Below, in pieces: positions 25,630 through 40,070 of a stretch of 63,849 nt of DNA (positions are counted from its first letter, which is position 1; every line of letters begins with the position of its first letter). The notes under the pieces are model-generated. The model did no database searches, was not told where the DNA came from, and saw only the letters and a list, made by a program, of their open reading frames with translations. Origin of the DNA: Paraspadella gotoi (lineage: Eukaryota; Animalia; Chaetognatha); the NCBI GenBank assembly GCA_051294375.1, contig CM119267.1, positions 16,546,835-16,610,683 on the forward strand, in the 5' to 3' direction. The translations under genes were made by a program, and so were the position numbers.

Positions 25630-27480
25630 TTTTTACACAATTTTACGCAGTAGGCCCATATTATACATAGTACCTAAAAACCAATAAATTTAAAATTTTT
25701 TCAAAACAGTTTTTTTTTTCTAAGATTCTAAAATTAGAAAAAGCTATATTTTAAAGCTGGAAAATATTAACTTTTATATATTAAATATAGTTTTTTAAAT
25801 CTTGAACCCAATGTTAATGAAATAATTTTTTAAAAATGATTTATATTTTCTTTTATCCAAACTTTTTTTGACGGAGGAATTTCAAATCTGCCATCAATTT
25901 AAAAACCGATAAATGTTTTGTGAACAAACCAAAGTTTTTATTTAACTTTTTTGGGACATGGTTAGCGGCTTAACAACTCAAGCTTCATCAGCATTTTGAA
26001 ATCAAAAATATTATTTCACAACATGAGAGAGAAGAGAGAAGAGAGAGAGAGAGGGCGAGGAGTTCCAACAAGAATTTAGTAAAGGAAAGTGGTCAGATTT
26101 GAGGACTAGGTGAAGATTAAGACGTAGTAAATTCTCAGTTTACCTTTAATTAAAAATCTTAAAATGTGAGGAACGAACAACATATATACAATGAACTTTA
26201 TGCAAAAAATATATTTATAATAAATTTTACAATTACGCAGTAGACATATTGATTATACTAGTATTAACCCAATAATGTTTAAAATTTCAAAACAGTCGTT
26301 TTCTAAGATTTTTTTTTGCAGATTTGCGATTTGTCCATAGTGTATTTAAAGGAATATATAATCCTCATATTTTTGAAAGTCCTTCATTAAGTGGGTCAAA
26401 AATTTAGAAAGCTTATATTTTAAGCTGAAAAATAATTTTATATATATTCAATTTTTTTTAAAAATGATATACTATTTTCTTTATCAATTTTTGACGAGAA
26501 ATTCAATCTGCACCAAAATTAAGAAAGCCTATTTTTTGATATTTTTCCGATTTTATAAGGATAGTATATTATAAATATAGCCTTACTGCCGAAAATTACA
26601 AAAAACCCATTTAAAATTAATTTTTTGTTACAAATTTAATGTTCCACCTGATGTATGTTGTTTCATAATTGACTTTTAGAATTTTCGTATGGTAAACCTT
26701 TCACCCTACCGCCTAAGTGAAGATGAGGACAGCCGATGAAAAGGAGAGTGAAATTGTGAATTTGGTGAAAAGGAGAGAGAAGAGGAGAGAGAGAACAGAG
26801 ACGAAGAGAGAGACATAATAGTATACATTAGGCAATGGTTACAACCAAATAAATCAATATTTTTATAAAATTCAGACCATAACCAAAGGAAGTTGAAAAG
26901 TAATAATTTAAATATAGGCTGTTTAGTGGAGTAGTTTTTGAAGATATGGTGAAAGTGTTTGAAAATGAAAGTAGAGGAAAATGGAAATAGAGTTTGTGTG
27001 GATAATTAGATAAAGAGTAGAGAAAATAAGTAAAGAAGAGCTTCCAAAATGAGCCTGGGCGTCCAGACGGGGCCAAATGGCGGTAAGGGGATATTTACTA
27101 TGTAATTTTGGGTTCATGGCCCCCTGTCATAGGGTTGAGAAGAGTATTGTGGCTGGCAGTTAGTTAGGGCTGGGAGTTATTTTTTCCGTAGGAAAATTTT
27201 TTATTTTTTAATTAATCTAACCAAACAACAAAAGAAAAGGGTATTAATAAATATGTATTCAAAATTAAGAAAAAGACTTATTTTGAAACATTTTGATTTT
27301 ATAAGGGATAGCTACCTATATATACAATATAGTTCTAACTGAAAATTAAAAACATAAAATTATTTTTTTTTACACAATTTGAATGTTTCACTAATGGTAT
27401 GTTGTTCCATAATTGAACTTTTCCGTATTAGAATAGAATAGAATTTTTCCGTATGTTTCACTACGCTTATTGTGAGGCGT
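25630..27480 (+). repeat. Noisy AT-rich direct duplications: 25630-25900 ~ 26225-26525 and 26550-26715 ~ 27297-27475
   Basis: Shared anchors ttacgcagtag, tttcaaaacagt and ttttctaagatt (first pair); ttttataagg, gtatgttgtt and cataattga (second pair). Confidence 0.8.
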
Positions 27481-28989
27481 AGAGAGCCAGTAATTATTTT
27501 TTTAAAATAGTTTTAAAAGAGACTGTCTGAGAAATACAAGTTGCATTGGAGAAAGAAAATAAGTGTTGTGGAGTTCTTTCGATCTCTGAGGGGTATTCCA
27601 TTAAATAAATAATTTGTTTTTTAGGTTCCTCCTGTCACCTTCGTCAAAAGCGAGAATCGAACAGCCGAAACTCCTCATAATTTGATGGCCGAACAATAAT
27701 GTCGACTAACGATAACGACTTGAGTTTAATATTTATGAAATATAATTAACATACCAATCACAAATAACAAATAACTAAATCGATTAAAAACCGCTTCGAC
27801 CATAACTTAACTTTTTGATTGGATTCAACTGACCAGACTGAAATTTATTAAAAAACCTCTCCTCCTCTCTCTTTGCATTACATCTATACTTCGTATTGTA
27901 CAATTTATCAATAAACATTACCCTAACCAATAACAACGACAGGGAGGTAATGTTCCATAGATAAGGAGAGGCCTNNNNNNNNNNNNNNNNNNNNNNNNNC
28001 CCCCCCCACTTCAAGAAATTCGACGAGAACCAAACAAATTTTTTCGAGATTTGAAAAGAGACAAAATAAATAATAATCGGGTTTTGGTCTCCGACTGCGT
28101 GAAACGGAAGGGTTGGGGGCAAAGAGGGTAGGGGGGGTGGGGAGGTGAGACGGACTAATAAAAGGATTTTTTTTTAACTCTTGTATCGATAGATCGACGG
28201 GAGCGAGAAGGTTGTCGGTGGTCCTTGTCAATCTGTTGCTTGGAAGGTACGTGTGGAGGAACGTAGGAAACGGCAGACTTGTGAGAAATACTAAACAGTA
28301 GGGTGAGAGAGAGAGAGACGATGACGAAACGAGCATATATAGCATATAACGACGCGTTATATCCGCACAAGAGGGCGTAATATGTTTTTGTATCCCAACG
28401 GGATCGCGCTCTTCTTTTTTCTCTCTTTTTGTTATTGTTGCTAAAAATCGTTTAAATGGAAGGACGGGATTTAGGAACGAGAAATTAATCTCTCTTTTTT
28501 TTTTTCCTTATTTTTTTTCTTTTTCGAATGAAGGTGTTAGGATAATGGAGATCAAATGACAGAGATTTAGAAGAAGACGGCCCGTCGGTCCCTGGGGCAT
28601 GAACTCTGTGGCCGACGACGACGATGAAGACGACGACGATGAAGACGATGACGATGTCGGAATGGAATCTTCTCGCTGAAGTTTTACAATCAGCGATCTT
28701 TCATTTTCTCCCTTTTTCTCTTTCTGTTTCTGTCTCTGTCTCGCTCTCAATCTTACTCTCTCGTTCCGCGGACTCTGAGGCCCTCAGGTAGGAAAGTGCC
28801 TTTGACAACCACCGGCAACGCGGAAAGGCGATCTAGCGACGAACGACGACGACGACGACGACGACGACTAAGAGAAAGGATTGACCCAACCGCGGGCGAA
28901 AAAAAACGACTTAATGAGTTGCCAGGAGACTTTGACAAGTGAAGAAGGAGGACAGAGAAAAAGTGTTGCCGACTCGTAAATAAAGTAAG

Positions 28990-29055
<66 letters not shown>

Positions 29056-29331
29056 ACGGAGACTTACCCTCGAGGAAGAGAGAGAGAGACAGGAAAAAAA
29101 GGTATGTTTCTACCGACGAGAGGAGGAAGAGCGGGAAGAGCGGGAAGAGGAAGAAGAGAAAAAAGTAATGAAAAAGGTAAATTGTTCTTCCGAAAAAATG
29201 AGAGAAAACACGTTTGCTTTTTGGTTTCGTCTTCGTCGTCGTCGTTGTCGTCACAGTCGGTGACCCCGGCGTCAAACCAACAGCGAAAACCTCTTTATTA
29301 CAAAACTTTTATGTCTTAATCAAGGAAAATT

Positions 29332-29375
<44 letters not shown>

Positions 29376-30684
29376 AGGCGATTATTGTTATGAACACGAA
29401 ACGTTGAGAAATTGGGTGAGAGTCAGAGAGACCCAACTGCGGGGGTGAAGTATGTGATATTGTGATAGTGGTGGGTGAGGGTGGGTGAGGATTCTGGTGA
29501 CGACGAAAAAAAAAATTCTAGGGTGACGAAGGATGTCGGATTTAGGGAGATCGGTTATAAGGCGATCGGATTTAAGGGCGACGATAAATCGACGACGAGC
29601 GTCGGGTGATGATAGTTAATTAAAGAGGTGAAAGTATTTTTTTGTACAGTATTTTTTTATTCAAAGAAATCACGAAAATCACGACGAGGTATTTAGATGA
29701 CTTTTTAAAATTAAACTCTGAATTCAAATATAAAAATTCCGACGAAGTCGGTAATTTGGCGAAAAATGATGAAAATAACTTTCCGGCAGTAATCCGTTGA
29801 GTTACAATTAAAAATTAAAAGATTTTGGAATTTTTAGCGGAAAAAATCAAATCCGGAAAAAAAAATTTCGCAAACGATCGAGAATCGAGATCGGGGGTGG
29901 TAAGCAAAATAAAATGAGAGGAAAAAGAAATTAAAAAAGAGAAAAATAAAATCAAAGAAGAAAAAAAAGAATCAAAGTGAGAATGTTAAATCAAAGGGAA
30001 AAATATCAATAGAGAAAAATAAAAGCGGAATAAGACGAGAAATAAAGAAAAAAAACGTAAAATGAATAAAAAAAAATATTGGATATGATAAAACGTCCTC
30101 GATAGAATGAAGTTATTTGATAAGCACTTGAAAATAGAAAGAAACATAAAGCATAAAGAAAATCAATAGATGGATAAAAAAAATCTCATCCCGAAATAAA
30201 ATGTGTCTATTTTTGCGTCAGAAAATGAAAGAAATAGCGAAACGGAGATTGAAATCGTCTCTCTCTCTCTCTTTCCCTCTCTATTTTCCTTTCCTTGTTT
30301 TTTTTTCTCGGGAAAACAAAAACAAGAAATTCGCGAAGAAAATATCCGAATCCGGAGAAGAGAGAGAAAAAAAGTCGAAAGGGGAAAAAAAATCGGATCA
30401 TCGGAAGAAAGAAATAACATTTATATCGGACTCATCCAAATGTTTTTTTTTTGTTTTTTTTGTTTTCCTTGGCGTTTTTTAGTCTCTTTTTTTTATTTTT
30501 CATCTTTGAGACGAAATTTTTCGTCGATCGACGAAGAAATCTCTTAAAAAAAAGTGCCTTGCCTCCCGTGGAGAAAGAGGGATGAGAGAGGAGGAAGAGG
30601 AGGAAGAAAGAGAAAGGGAAGAGATCGAGAGATCGTCGACTGCTGATGCTCGGCGGCTGCTGCTCGCGGCTGCGGCATCTAGGA

Positions 30685-30740
<56 letters not shown>

Positions 30741-31237
30741 CATATGGTTTTTGAGAAGAGAAAGAAAAAAAGAAAAAGTTTTGAGAGCGACGAGTGATTT
30801 GTAACTTCACCGATGAACACATCATCCACTGCGGTGACGTTTTAACTGCCGCCGAGGTCGACGACGACGACGACGACGACGACGACTAAAACTGGATCCT
30901 GGATCGAAGCGACCGCCATCGCTGGTGGAGAAATTGACCTCAATGTGGAAATTCTGTGGGGGGGGGCGGTTTAAATTAGTGAAGTCTGTTGGGATGGGGG
31001 AGGTCTCTCCGGAACTAATTCCTCGGCGGATTTTGAATAAACTATTGATTTATACGTGATGAGACGTTTTATCTTTTTGTATTTAAAGTTTTTTAACATT
31101 CATCATATAAAAATTTAAAGATTTAATCTGTAATCCAGAACAGAATAATTCACTTTGTGAACCATTTTTTCTGCCAACCTTCGCGGGAATGAATTATCAC
31201 AAACCAGTTTTGGGGTGGAGGGGGGAAAAGGTGAAAG

Positions 31238-31284
<47 letters not shown>

Positions 31285-31596
31285 GAGTCTTTCATCTTTT
31301 GTACTAGAACGCTTCCTCTCGAAAATCGATTCCAAGGATTCGTTCGATCCTTGAAAGAAAAAGTTGGCCGGTGACAAGAAAGATGCACAGGAGCTGAGAG
31401 GTTTTTTTAATTCAACTTCGCCGATCATACCGTCAACTGTTAGGGCATATGTAATTCGAGTTAGTAGTTTCATTTAAAACAAAGTATAACTATGCTTTGT
31501 TTAACTATCATACTCAACTCTGAATTTTACGCACACCAACCCCCAAGAATGACTCACTTAGCCTGACCCTCACAGCCCACAATCTCGTGAAGAGAG

Positions 31597-31629
<33 letters not shown>

Positions 31630-31637
31630 GAGAGAGA

Positions 31638-31668
<31 letters not shown>

Positions 31669-33797
31669 ATCGCTTGTTTTTGTTCTCGTTTGATTTGCAA
31701 CGCCGCATTTTCCACTTTCATCAACATCTTTTTTGGTTTCTACAGCTTCTGGTCTGACAAAAAAATAACTTTCTCACTACTCGTAATCGACGACGATGCG
31801 ACGACGACGAAAGAGACGAAAGACGACGTAAGACGACGACGACGACGAAACGAACGACGACGAGCGACACCAAAAGGCAACCGCCCAGATATTGTAGCCA
31901 GAACAATAACTCGCCGGGCGGCGAAGAAAAAAAAAAAAAAGACGAACAACGACCAAAAACCGCAATCTCTCAAAAAGTGTTCGACTCGATGCTTCGTCGG
32001 TCGCGAGTGAAAATCACAGACTTTCGGGTGTAAACAAACAAAATAATTATCTGCTCTGTTTTTAGTGTAACTGGTTATGTTTACATGTAATAATCAAAGA
32101 CAACTGAAGTATGAATAAAAATTCAATATCCTTAAGTTTTTTTTATCTTTTTTACAATTTTTAAGACTGCAGTCGGAGTTGAAGAAAAAAATTAAAGAAA
32201 GATGAGCCGGTGGAGTTGCGAAACTTTGGACTCGTGAAGAGGAGGAAAGAGAAAGGTAAGAGAGCTTGAAACAAATGAGAATAGAAAGAGAAAAAGAGAC
32301 TGAAAGAACTAAAATATAATTATAGTGTAGAAAATGTTATTTATTTTCACACATCCTTCAAATATGTTCGCTATTAGATTAAAGATAATGGAAAAGAAAA
32401 ATGTTGTCGGGTGTTGAAAACAAAAATATGAAAAGAAATAAGAAAGAATTGAATGAAAACGAGTTGTTTTTTAAAGTCGCGGGAAACTAGGGAATTCTTC
32501 AAAGTCTTCAAAGTAACAGGGAGCGATTTAGGGACAGTTCGACGGGGACAGAGGCGATCAAGCGAGAGTATAGGGTGCGGTACGGATAGTTAATGGGTAA
32601 GGGATGAAAACAAAAGACGGCGAGAGCGACGTTTCGAAGTTTTAATCGGAGATGAGAGACTAATGATTGATCGAGAGGGTAAGTTCATGTCGTTCTCGAG
32701 TTGAAACGAGAGGGCGGGTGGGTCAAAGGGAGGAAGAGAGTTATAAAGTCAAGATGAGTAATGTTCAATTTTGAAAAAAGTCTTTTAATCGGAGAAGGAG
32801 AAAAAAAAACACGCGAACATAGCGTAATCTTAGCACCCTTTACTTATAATCGTAGGAGCGACTGTCAGGACGACTTCGACGACGAAGACAACAAACGACG
32901 ACGACAGCGACGACAGAGGCGTAAATGAGCCTTTGATATTTCAATTGGAGCAAAAATCAGGTTGCATGACTCTCGATCGCCGACCAGCCTCGATCCCGTA
33001 ATTTTTTTTTTTCAAGTCTCCCTTAATCGTCGTCGTAATTGTCGTCGTCGTCGTAAATCAGAAAAGTGGGTAAATGAGACGTTCAGAAGGGGACGGAAAA
33101 ACGGAGACGGAAAACGCAGAGAAGAGAGAGAGAAGAAGAGATGAGAGAAGAGAGAGAGAAGAGAGAGAGAGAGAAGAGAGAGAGGAGAGAGAGAGAAGAG
33201 AGAGAGTTATAATAACGGAAAATTTCTAGAAAATTTCGCGGTGACGATGATGGATGCCTTTGCCTTTCATGTCGTCCATAAGGCGAAAAAGGTTAACCAA
33301 CTTTTTGGACAATAAAACTCGGCATGAAAATGTTTAGAGTTTTATTAAGCATACTTTATTTATTTGACTAATGATAACTTTTGACGAAAAGAGAAGTAAT
33401 CAAGACCGACCTTCGGATTTCAGTAAAAATGAATCGAAAAACCAGCGAGAGACAATCGCTTTCTTTGTGAAATGACAGGGGAGAAAATATGAATGACTTT
33501 ATGATTAAAATGAAGTTAATTCTTCGTCGTCGTTGTCGTCATCTTCGTCGTCATCCTATTTATCATATTTATCACGTTCTCGAAGTTTATTTGTAGTACG
33601 AGATTTTCTTTATAATCGACCTCTTATTTGCAAAGTAATCACCTTGATCATCGTCCTCATTTTCGTCGTTTTCACAGTCATTGGTCAATGGTCAGTTTGG
33701 TCGTCGTCATCACCATCATCTTCGTCTCTGTCATCGTGGTCGGCTTCTTGGTAGTCCTCGTCGTCGTCTCGTTGGTCGTCGACTTAGTTGTTATCAT

Positions 33798-33831
<34 letters not shown>

Positions 33832-34436
33832 CCCTCGCCCGCAAATGGACTTTCGATCCATTGGTCCCCTTAATTCCGATTCCAGAGTCAGAAAGACAAC
33901 AAACAGTTTTCGACCAAAACTCACCCACCGAGAAAACCGCTTTCGCGGTCCGGCGCCGCGGTGGGGGCAGGTGAGGCGAGGAAAAGTGGTGGAGGTAAGG
34001 GTGCCACTTTGGGTGACTGGTCAGGCAATGACGATAAGGTAGGTCATTGCGATTAGACTCTAATTAAATTGTAGAATATTGATCTAGGGCGAAGTAATTC
34101 GGCTCTAGTATAGTCTAAAAATGTCTTGATTGAAAGCTTGCTAGGACTTGATATGTTCTTATCTTGTAAAATGGATGAAGGCCATAACCCACCATAGCAT
34201 GTCCATTGTCAAAAGTCTGGGGCAATGTAGCTTGTTCATTGAATGTATGAATAATTTCTATATTGATTGTACCTATTTTATAAGTATCGCTCTTTACATC
34301 GAAGGTTGGTCGGTAGTGGTGCGCCCACTGACAAAAGAGGACCCCCGAGAAGGTTTTTGGGTTCTCCCGGGTTCCAGAATTGCGAGGCCGAAGGTGTTTT
34401 GGGACAAACAAACGGGATTGCGATTCCCGGTCATTG

Positions 34437-34484
34437 GCCAGGCGGCGTTTTGCCAGGCGGCGCTCTGCCAGGCGGTGCTGGGGC
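34437..34484. repeat. Three 15-bp GC-rich tandem units (gccaggcggcgtttt / gccaggcggcgctct / gccaggcggtgctgg)
   Basis: Direct reading of the sequence. Confidence 0.85.
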
Positions 34485-34912
34485 CGAACGAACCCGGCTC
34501 CGCGCCTGCCCGCCCGACGACCAATCGAAATCGTGGAGAGGAAAAACGATGGGAGAGAATCTGATCGTAGAAGAATTTGGAAGAGGGGTTGGGGGCGGGG
34601 TCATGGAGTTGGGGTGGAGTGGAGGATAAAGGGGTTGTGGGGCTCGACATGAGGAAGAATCTAAGGGTAAAAAAAAAATCACTGTTTATATAGAAAAAAG
34701 TAAAAGCCGCTTGAGCATAATTAATGTGATTACAAAACTAAATTTACGCTCTGGAATCAGGCTCCCAGAATCTTTTATTTCGAAAAACAAAACAAAAAAA
34801 CGAAAACGAAATAAAAAAAAAATAAAGAAAAGCATAAAAATATCCGAGGGGGAAAAAAGGGGCGAAAAGAGAGAAAAAAAAAAAAAANNNNNNNNNNNNN
34901 NNNNNNNNNNNN

Positions 34913-37900
34913 GATAAATAAGAAAGAAAGAAAGAAGAAAGAAAGAAAGGACAAGAAAGAAAGAAAAGAAAAAAAGAAAGAAATAAAGGAGAGGAAAAAA
35001 AATGGGAGAGGGAAAAAGGAAAATGGATGGGGAAGAGAGGAACAAAAAAAGAGTGACTGAGGGGGGAAGGGGACGGGGGGGAATGAAAAGATGGACGAGG
35101 TGATAGTGAGAAGGACAGAAGGGAAAAAGGAGAGGCGGAAAGAAAGGGAAGGGGAGGGGGGAGGAGGGGCGGGGGAAAAGGGGAGCGGGGAAACAATTAG
35201 GAAAGGGAAGAAAAGGAGGGGAAAAGAAGGGGATAGAAGAAGGAGAGAAAGAGAAGAAAGGGAGAGGAAAGAGAGGGAAGAGAAGAGGAAGATAGAGGGG
35301 AAAGGAGAAGAGAGGCGGGATGAATAGGGAGGAGGGAGAGGCAAGAGAGAAGAAAATGAGAGAGGAAGAGGAAGGGAGGGAAGAGGAGTAGGGGAGGAGA
35401 AGGAGGGGGACCATAGGGAAGGGAGAGAGGAAGAGAAAGGAAGAAAAGAAGAAGGGAAGAGAGAAGGAAGGGGAAACGAAAGAGGAGGGAAGGGAGAAGA
35501 AGATAAGGAGGAGGAAGGAGGGGAGGAAAGGAAGGAAGGAGAAGGGGAAAAGGGAGTGGGAGAAAAGAGGGAGAGAAAAAAGAAGGAAAAGGAAGAGAGG
35601 AGGAGGGGAACGGAGGGGGGGAGGAAGAAGCGAAAGGAAAGAAGAGGGGGGAGAAGAGGAGGAGGGGGAGAGGAGAAGAGCAGGGGGAAAGGGGAGGAGG
35701 GAAGGAAGGAGAAGGAAGGAGAGGAGGAGAAGGGAGGTAGAAGGAGGAGGGGAGGGAGGAAGGGTAGAAGAAAGGAAGGAGAGAGGAGAGGGGGAAGGAA
35801 GAGAGGGAAAGAGAGAGGGGAAAGAGAGAGAGGAGGGAGGAGGAGGCAGAGGAGGGAAAGAGAAGAGAGAGGAGAGGAAGGAGAAGAGAGGGAGGGAGGA
35901 AGGGAGGGGAGAAAGGAGAGGAGGGGGAAGAAGGGAAGAGGAGGGGGGGGAAAGGAAGAAGGGAGAAAGGAAAGAAGAGGAAAAAAGAAGGAGAGGAAAA
36001 GAGGGAAGGAAGAGGGGGAAAAAGAAACGGAAGGAAGACGAGAAGGAGGAGGAAGAGAGGGGGAAGAAGAGGAAAGGAATGAAGGAGGGACAAAGAGAGA
36101 AAGAGGGAGAGAAAGAAGAAAGAGAAGAGGAGTAGGGGAAGGGAGAAAGGGGGAGAACGGGGGAGAGGGAGAGAAAAGGGATGGAGGAGAGGAGGGGGGA
36201 AGGGAAAGGGAAAGAGGAGAAAGGGAGAAGGAAAGAAGAGGGAGAGCAGGAAAAAGGAGAGGGAGAGGAAAGAGGAGAAGAGGAAACAGAAAGGAAAGGA
36301 GGGAAAGGAGGAAAGAAGAAGGGAGAGGGGGGAGGGATAGAGAAGCAAGGTATGGAAGTAGGAGAGAGGAAAAAGAGGAAAGAGAGGAGGAGAGTGAAGG
36401 GGAGAAGAAATAGAGAAAGGGAATGGAGAATAGAAGGGGAGAGGGGAAAGGAGGAGAGGAGAGAAGAGGGAGAGAGAAAGAGAAGAGGGAAGGAGGGGAA
36501 GGAATAGGGAAGAGAAGGAGAACGGGAGAAGGGAAAGGAGAAGAGAGAAGAAAGAGAAAGAGAAAGAGAGGAAGGGAGAGAAGGGGGGAGAAGAAGGAGA
36601 GGAGAGAGGAGGAAGACGAGACAGAAAGGAGAAAGAGAAGAGGGGAAGAGAGAAGGTGGAGGGAGAGGGGGAAGGAGGATGGGTAAGGAGAGAGGAGAGA
36701 GAAAAGGAAAGAGCAAAGGGAGAGAGAGAAGGAGAAGGAGAAGAGAAGGGAGTGGAGGGAGGGCGGGGAGAGGACAGGGCGAAGGGAGAGGGAGAAGGGG
36801 GAGATAGGAAGGAGAAGAAGAGAAGAAGGAGAGAAGAGGAGAAAAAGGAAGAAAGGGAAGAGGGGGGGAAGAGAAGGAGGAAAGATAAGAGGAGAGAGGA
36901 ACGAGGATAAAAGGATGGAAGATGGGAGAGAGAAAGCAAAAGATAGGAGAGGAGAGAGGGGGAGAAGAGAGGAAGCAGAGAGGGAGGGAGAGAAGGAGAA
37001 AGAGAGACAGAAAAAAGAGGAAGCGAGAAAGAGCAAAAGAGTGGGAGGATAAGCGAGGGGAGAAAGAGAGAAGAGAGTGAGAGAGAAGAGGAAAGGAGAG
37101 GGTGAGGAGAGGAAGAAAGAAAATAGAGGGAGAGGAGGAGAGAGGAGAAGAGAAGAAAAGAGGGAAAAAGAGGGGGAGAGAGGGAGGAAGAGAGGAAGGA
37201 AGGAGGAAGAGGAGGAAGGGGAAAAGAAGGAGAGAGATGAGAGAAAAGACAGGAGAAAGAGAGGAGAGAAAGAGAAGGAATAAGAAAAAAAAGAGAGAAG
37301 GGATAAGGAAGGAACGGAAAGCGGGAAGGAATAGAAAAGAATTGGGGAAAAAAGAAAAAAAAGAACAAAAAACTACGAAAAGACATAATAAAAAGAAAAT
37401 AAAAGAGAGGATGAAAGGAGAGAAGGGGAAAGGGGGAGGGGAGTGGGAGGGGAGAGGAAGGAGGATGAGGGTGGAGGGTGAAAAAAGAAAGGAAAGGAAG
37501 AGGAGGAGAGGAGAAAGGAATAAAGAGGGGAAAAGAGGTGAGCGAAAAAAGGAAAGGGGGGGGAGAAAAGACAAAAGAATAGAGGGGGAGAGGAAGGGCG
37601 AGGGCGTAGAGGAGGTGGGGGAGGAGGGACAAGGGAAAGAGGGGTGAGAGAGACTAAAGGAAAAAAAAAGAGGAGCGAGAGGAAAGGAGGAAAAAAGGGG
37701 AGAAATCAAGGATAAAAAAAAAGGGGAAGGGAGGGGAAGAGTGGAAGGAAGGAGAAGACGAAGAACAAGTGAAAATAAGGGAGGAGCAGGGAGGGAACAA
37801 AAAAAAAAGAATTGGAAATCAAAAAATGACAGCAAAAGAATAATCCAAGGATGGGAAAGAGGAGACGGAGGGGATGGAGGAAGCGAGAGGAAGATAAAAG

Positions 37901-40070
37901 AAGAAAAGAAAAAGGGAAAAATGGAGTAAAGAAGAAGATGAGAGAAGAGGAGAGGGGCAAGGAAGAGGGGCAGGAAGAGGGAAAAAGGGAGGGGGTAAAA
38001 CGGGGCAAAGGGAGGTGCGGTGAGGAAAAGAGGGGAGGACGAAAGCGAAGAGGGGGAAGGAAGGGGGGGGGGAGGGAAGGAGGAATGAGAGGGAAGAGGG
38101 AGGGAAAAAGATGAGAGTGGAGAGAGAGGAGAGCGGGAAAAGGAGGGGGAGGAAAAAAAAAAAGGAAAGAGAAGGCGAAAGGGGAGGGGGGCAAAAAGAG
38201 GGGGAGAAAAAAAAAAGAAGAAGGAAGGGGAAAGGGGAAAGTAAAGGAAGAGTAAAGGGATCAGGGAGGAAAGAGGGAGAGAGGGAAAAGAAAAGAGTGA
38301 AAATAAGGCGAGGGGAGGAAAACGGAGGAGAAAACGATCGAAAGACAGAGGAGAAGGGAAAGAAAAAGAAAAGAGGGGGGGGATAAGAAAAAAAAAAAAA
38401 GAACAAGGAGAAAGAAGGAAAAAAAACAGAAAATATGGGGGAAAAGAAGGAAAAAAAGAGTGACAGCGGGGCGAGGAAAAGGAAGGCGAACTAAACTAAA
38501 AAATTACGGGGAAAAAGAGGGGCGCATAAGACGGGAAAAAAGAACGAAGACAAAAGAAAAGGGAGAAAAGGAATCTGAATTGGACAGGGGAAAATACAGG
38601 AAAAAAGAAAAAGGACAGACACAAAAACTGAAAAAATAGGAAAAGGTAAAAAGAGTAAGATAGAGGGAAAAAGAAATGAAGAAACAAAATGGGGAAAGAC
38701 AAGGAGATGAAGAAGAAGATAGAAAGAGGAAGGAAAGGAGGAAAAGACGGGGGAAGAAGGGATTACAAGGGGAAGGAAAAGAATGGAATAGAAACGGGGG
38801 GGGTAAAGAACATTGACGGGATGAGAAAAAGGAGGGAAGAAGGGGATAGAAAAAAGAAGATAAACGAAGAAAACGGAGAGGAGTGAAAAAACCGGAAGAG
38901 AATCATACGAGAGAAACCCAAGGAGACGACAGGCGAAGGAAGATGGAAAGGAGTCAGGTAAAAAGAAAGAGGTAGGAGGGGGAGGAGTAGGGAAAGGAAT
39001 AATGGGGGAAATAAAAAGTATGCGAAACGGAGGGAAATGAAAAAGGAAGATGAGAGAGAAAAGCAGGATGGAGAGGAACGGAGATCGGATCAAAATGTAG
39101 AAAGAAAAAAGGAAAGAGGGAGGGGAACGAAAAGGAAAGAGGAGAGGGGATGGGGAAAAAGGGAAAGAGAAAAACGGGGGATTAAAAAGAATGAGAGGCG
39201 GAAGGAAAAAGAGGAAAATAAAAAAAAGAGAGGGAGAGAGGCAAAGAACGAGGGAACGACTACGAGCGATAAGAGGGGGAGGAAAGGAAAGAGGAAAAGA
39301 GGAATAACAAGGAAGAGGGAAACAGAAAAAAACAAAAAACTAAAAAATGAGAAGGAAGCAGAAGTAACGGAGGAAAAAAAAGAACAAGAGATAAGGAAAA
39401 AACGGGAAAGACAAAAGGGAGACGGGACTGGGAAAGAGGGAGGGGGAATGCAAAAAAAAGTGGAAAAAAAAAAAAGGATGGAGGGAAAGAGGAAAAAAAA
39501 ATGCGAGGGAGAAAAAAAAATATAGGAGAAAGAAAAAGGAGGGGTACAAGAAGGATGTGAACAGGAGGATAAAACAAAATAAGAGGGGGGGAGGGGAAGG
39601 GAGCGAGAAGGGATGGGGCGGAAGGGGAGGAAGGAGGTGCGAAGGAGAAAGGGGAGAGAGGAGAGAGAGGGATGAATGAAGGAAGAGGGGGGGGAAGGAG
39701 AGAAGGTAGGGAAGAAGGGAAGAGAGGGGATAGGAATCGAGGGGGTGGGAAACAAAAAAGAAGAGGAAGAAAGAAAGAAAGAAAGAAAGAAAAGAAAAAA
39801 GAGAAACGGAAAAGGGTGGGAGGCGGGGGTGGCCAGATAGGATTGAGGTGGGGATTATAAAAGAAAAGAAAGAGACAGAAAAAATAGAAGAGATGAGATA
39901 GAGTGGTGGGATGAGGAGAAGGTGGGGCGGGTGGGATGAAGGGGGCGGAAAATGGCGTGAAGGGAGACGGATGGGGGATAAGAAAGAAAGTAGAAAAAAA
40001 AGAAAGAAATAAAGGAAAGAAAGAAAGAAAGAAAAGAAAGAAGAAAGAAGAAGCAAAGAAAGAAGCGAAA
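34913..40070. repeat. About 5.1 kb aperiodic polypurine (A/G) tract
   Basis: Plus strand is almost entirely A and G with sparse C/T. It begins and ends in (AAAG)n-like sequence and starts immediately after a 25-N gap. Confidence 0.95.

Noticed and set aside
32625-32650. Second hammerhead candidate (minus-strand CGAAACGUCG)
   Set aside because: No upstream CUGA box or helix II.
34686-37835. 1049-aa, 811-aa and 753-aa minus-strand ORFs, and the overlapping R/E/G/K-rich plus-strand ORFs
   Set aside because: A C/T-only strand, or an A/G-only strand, can hardly form stop codons. The products are F/L/S/P or R/E/K/G noise and all three minus frames are open.
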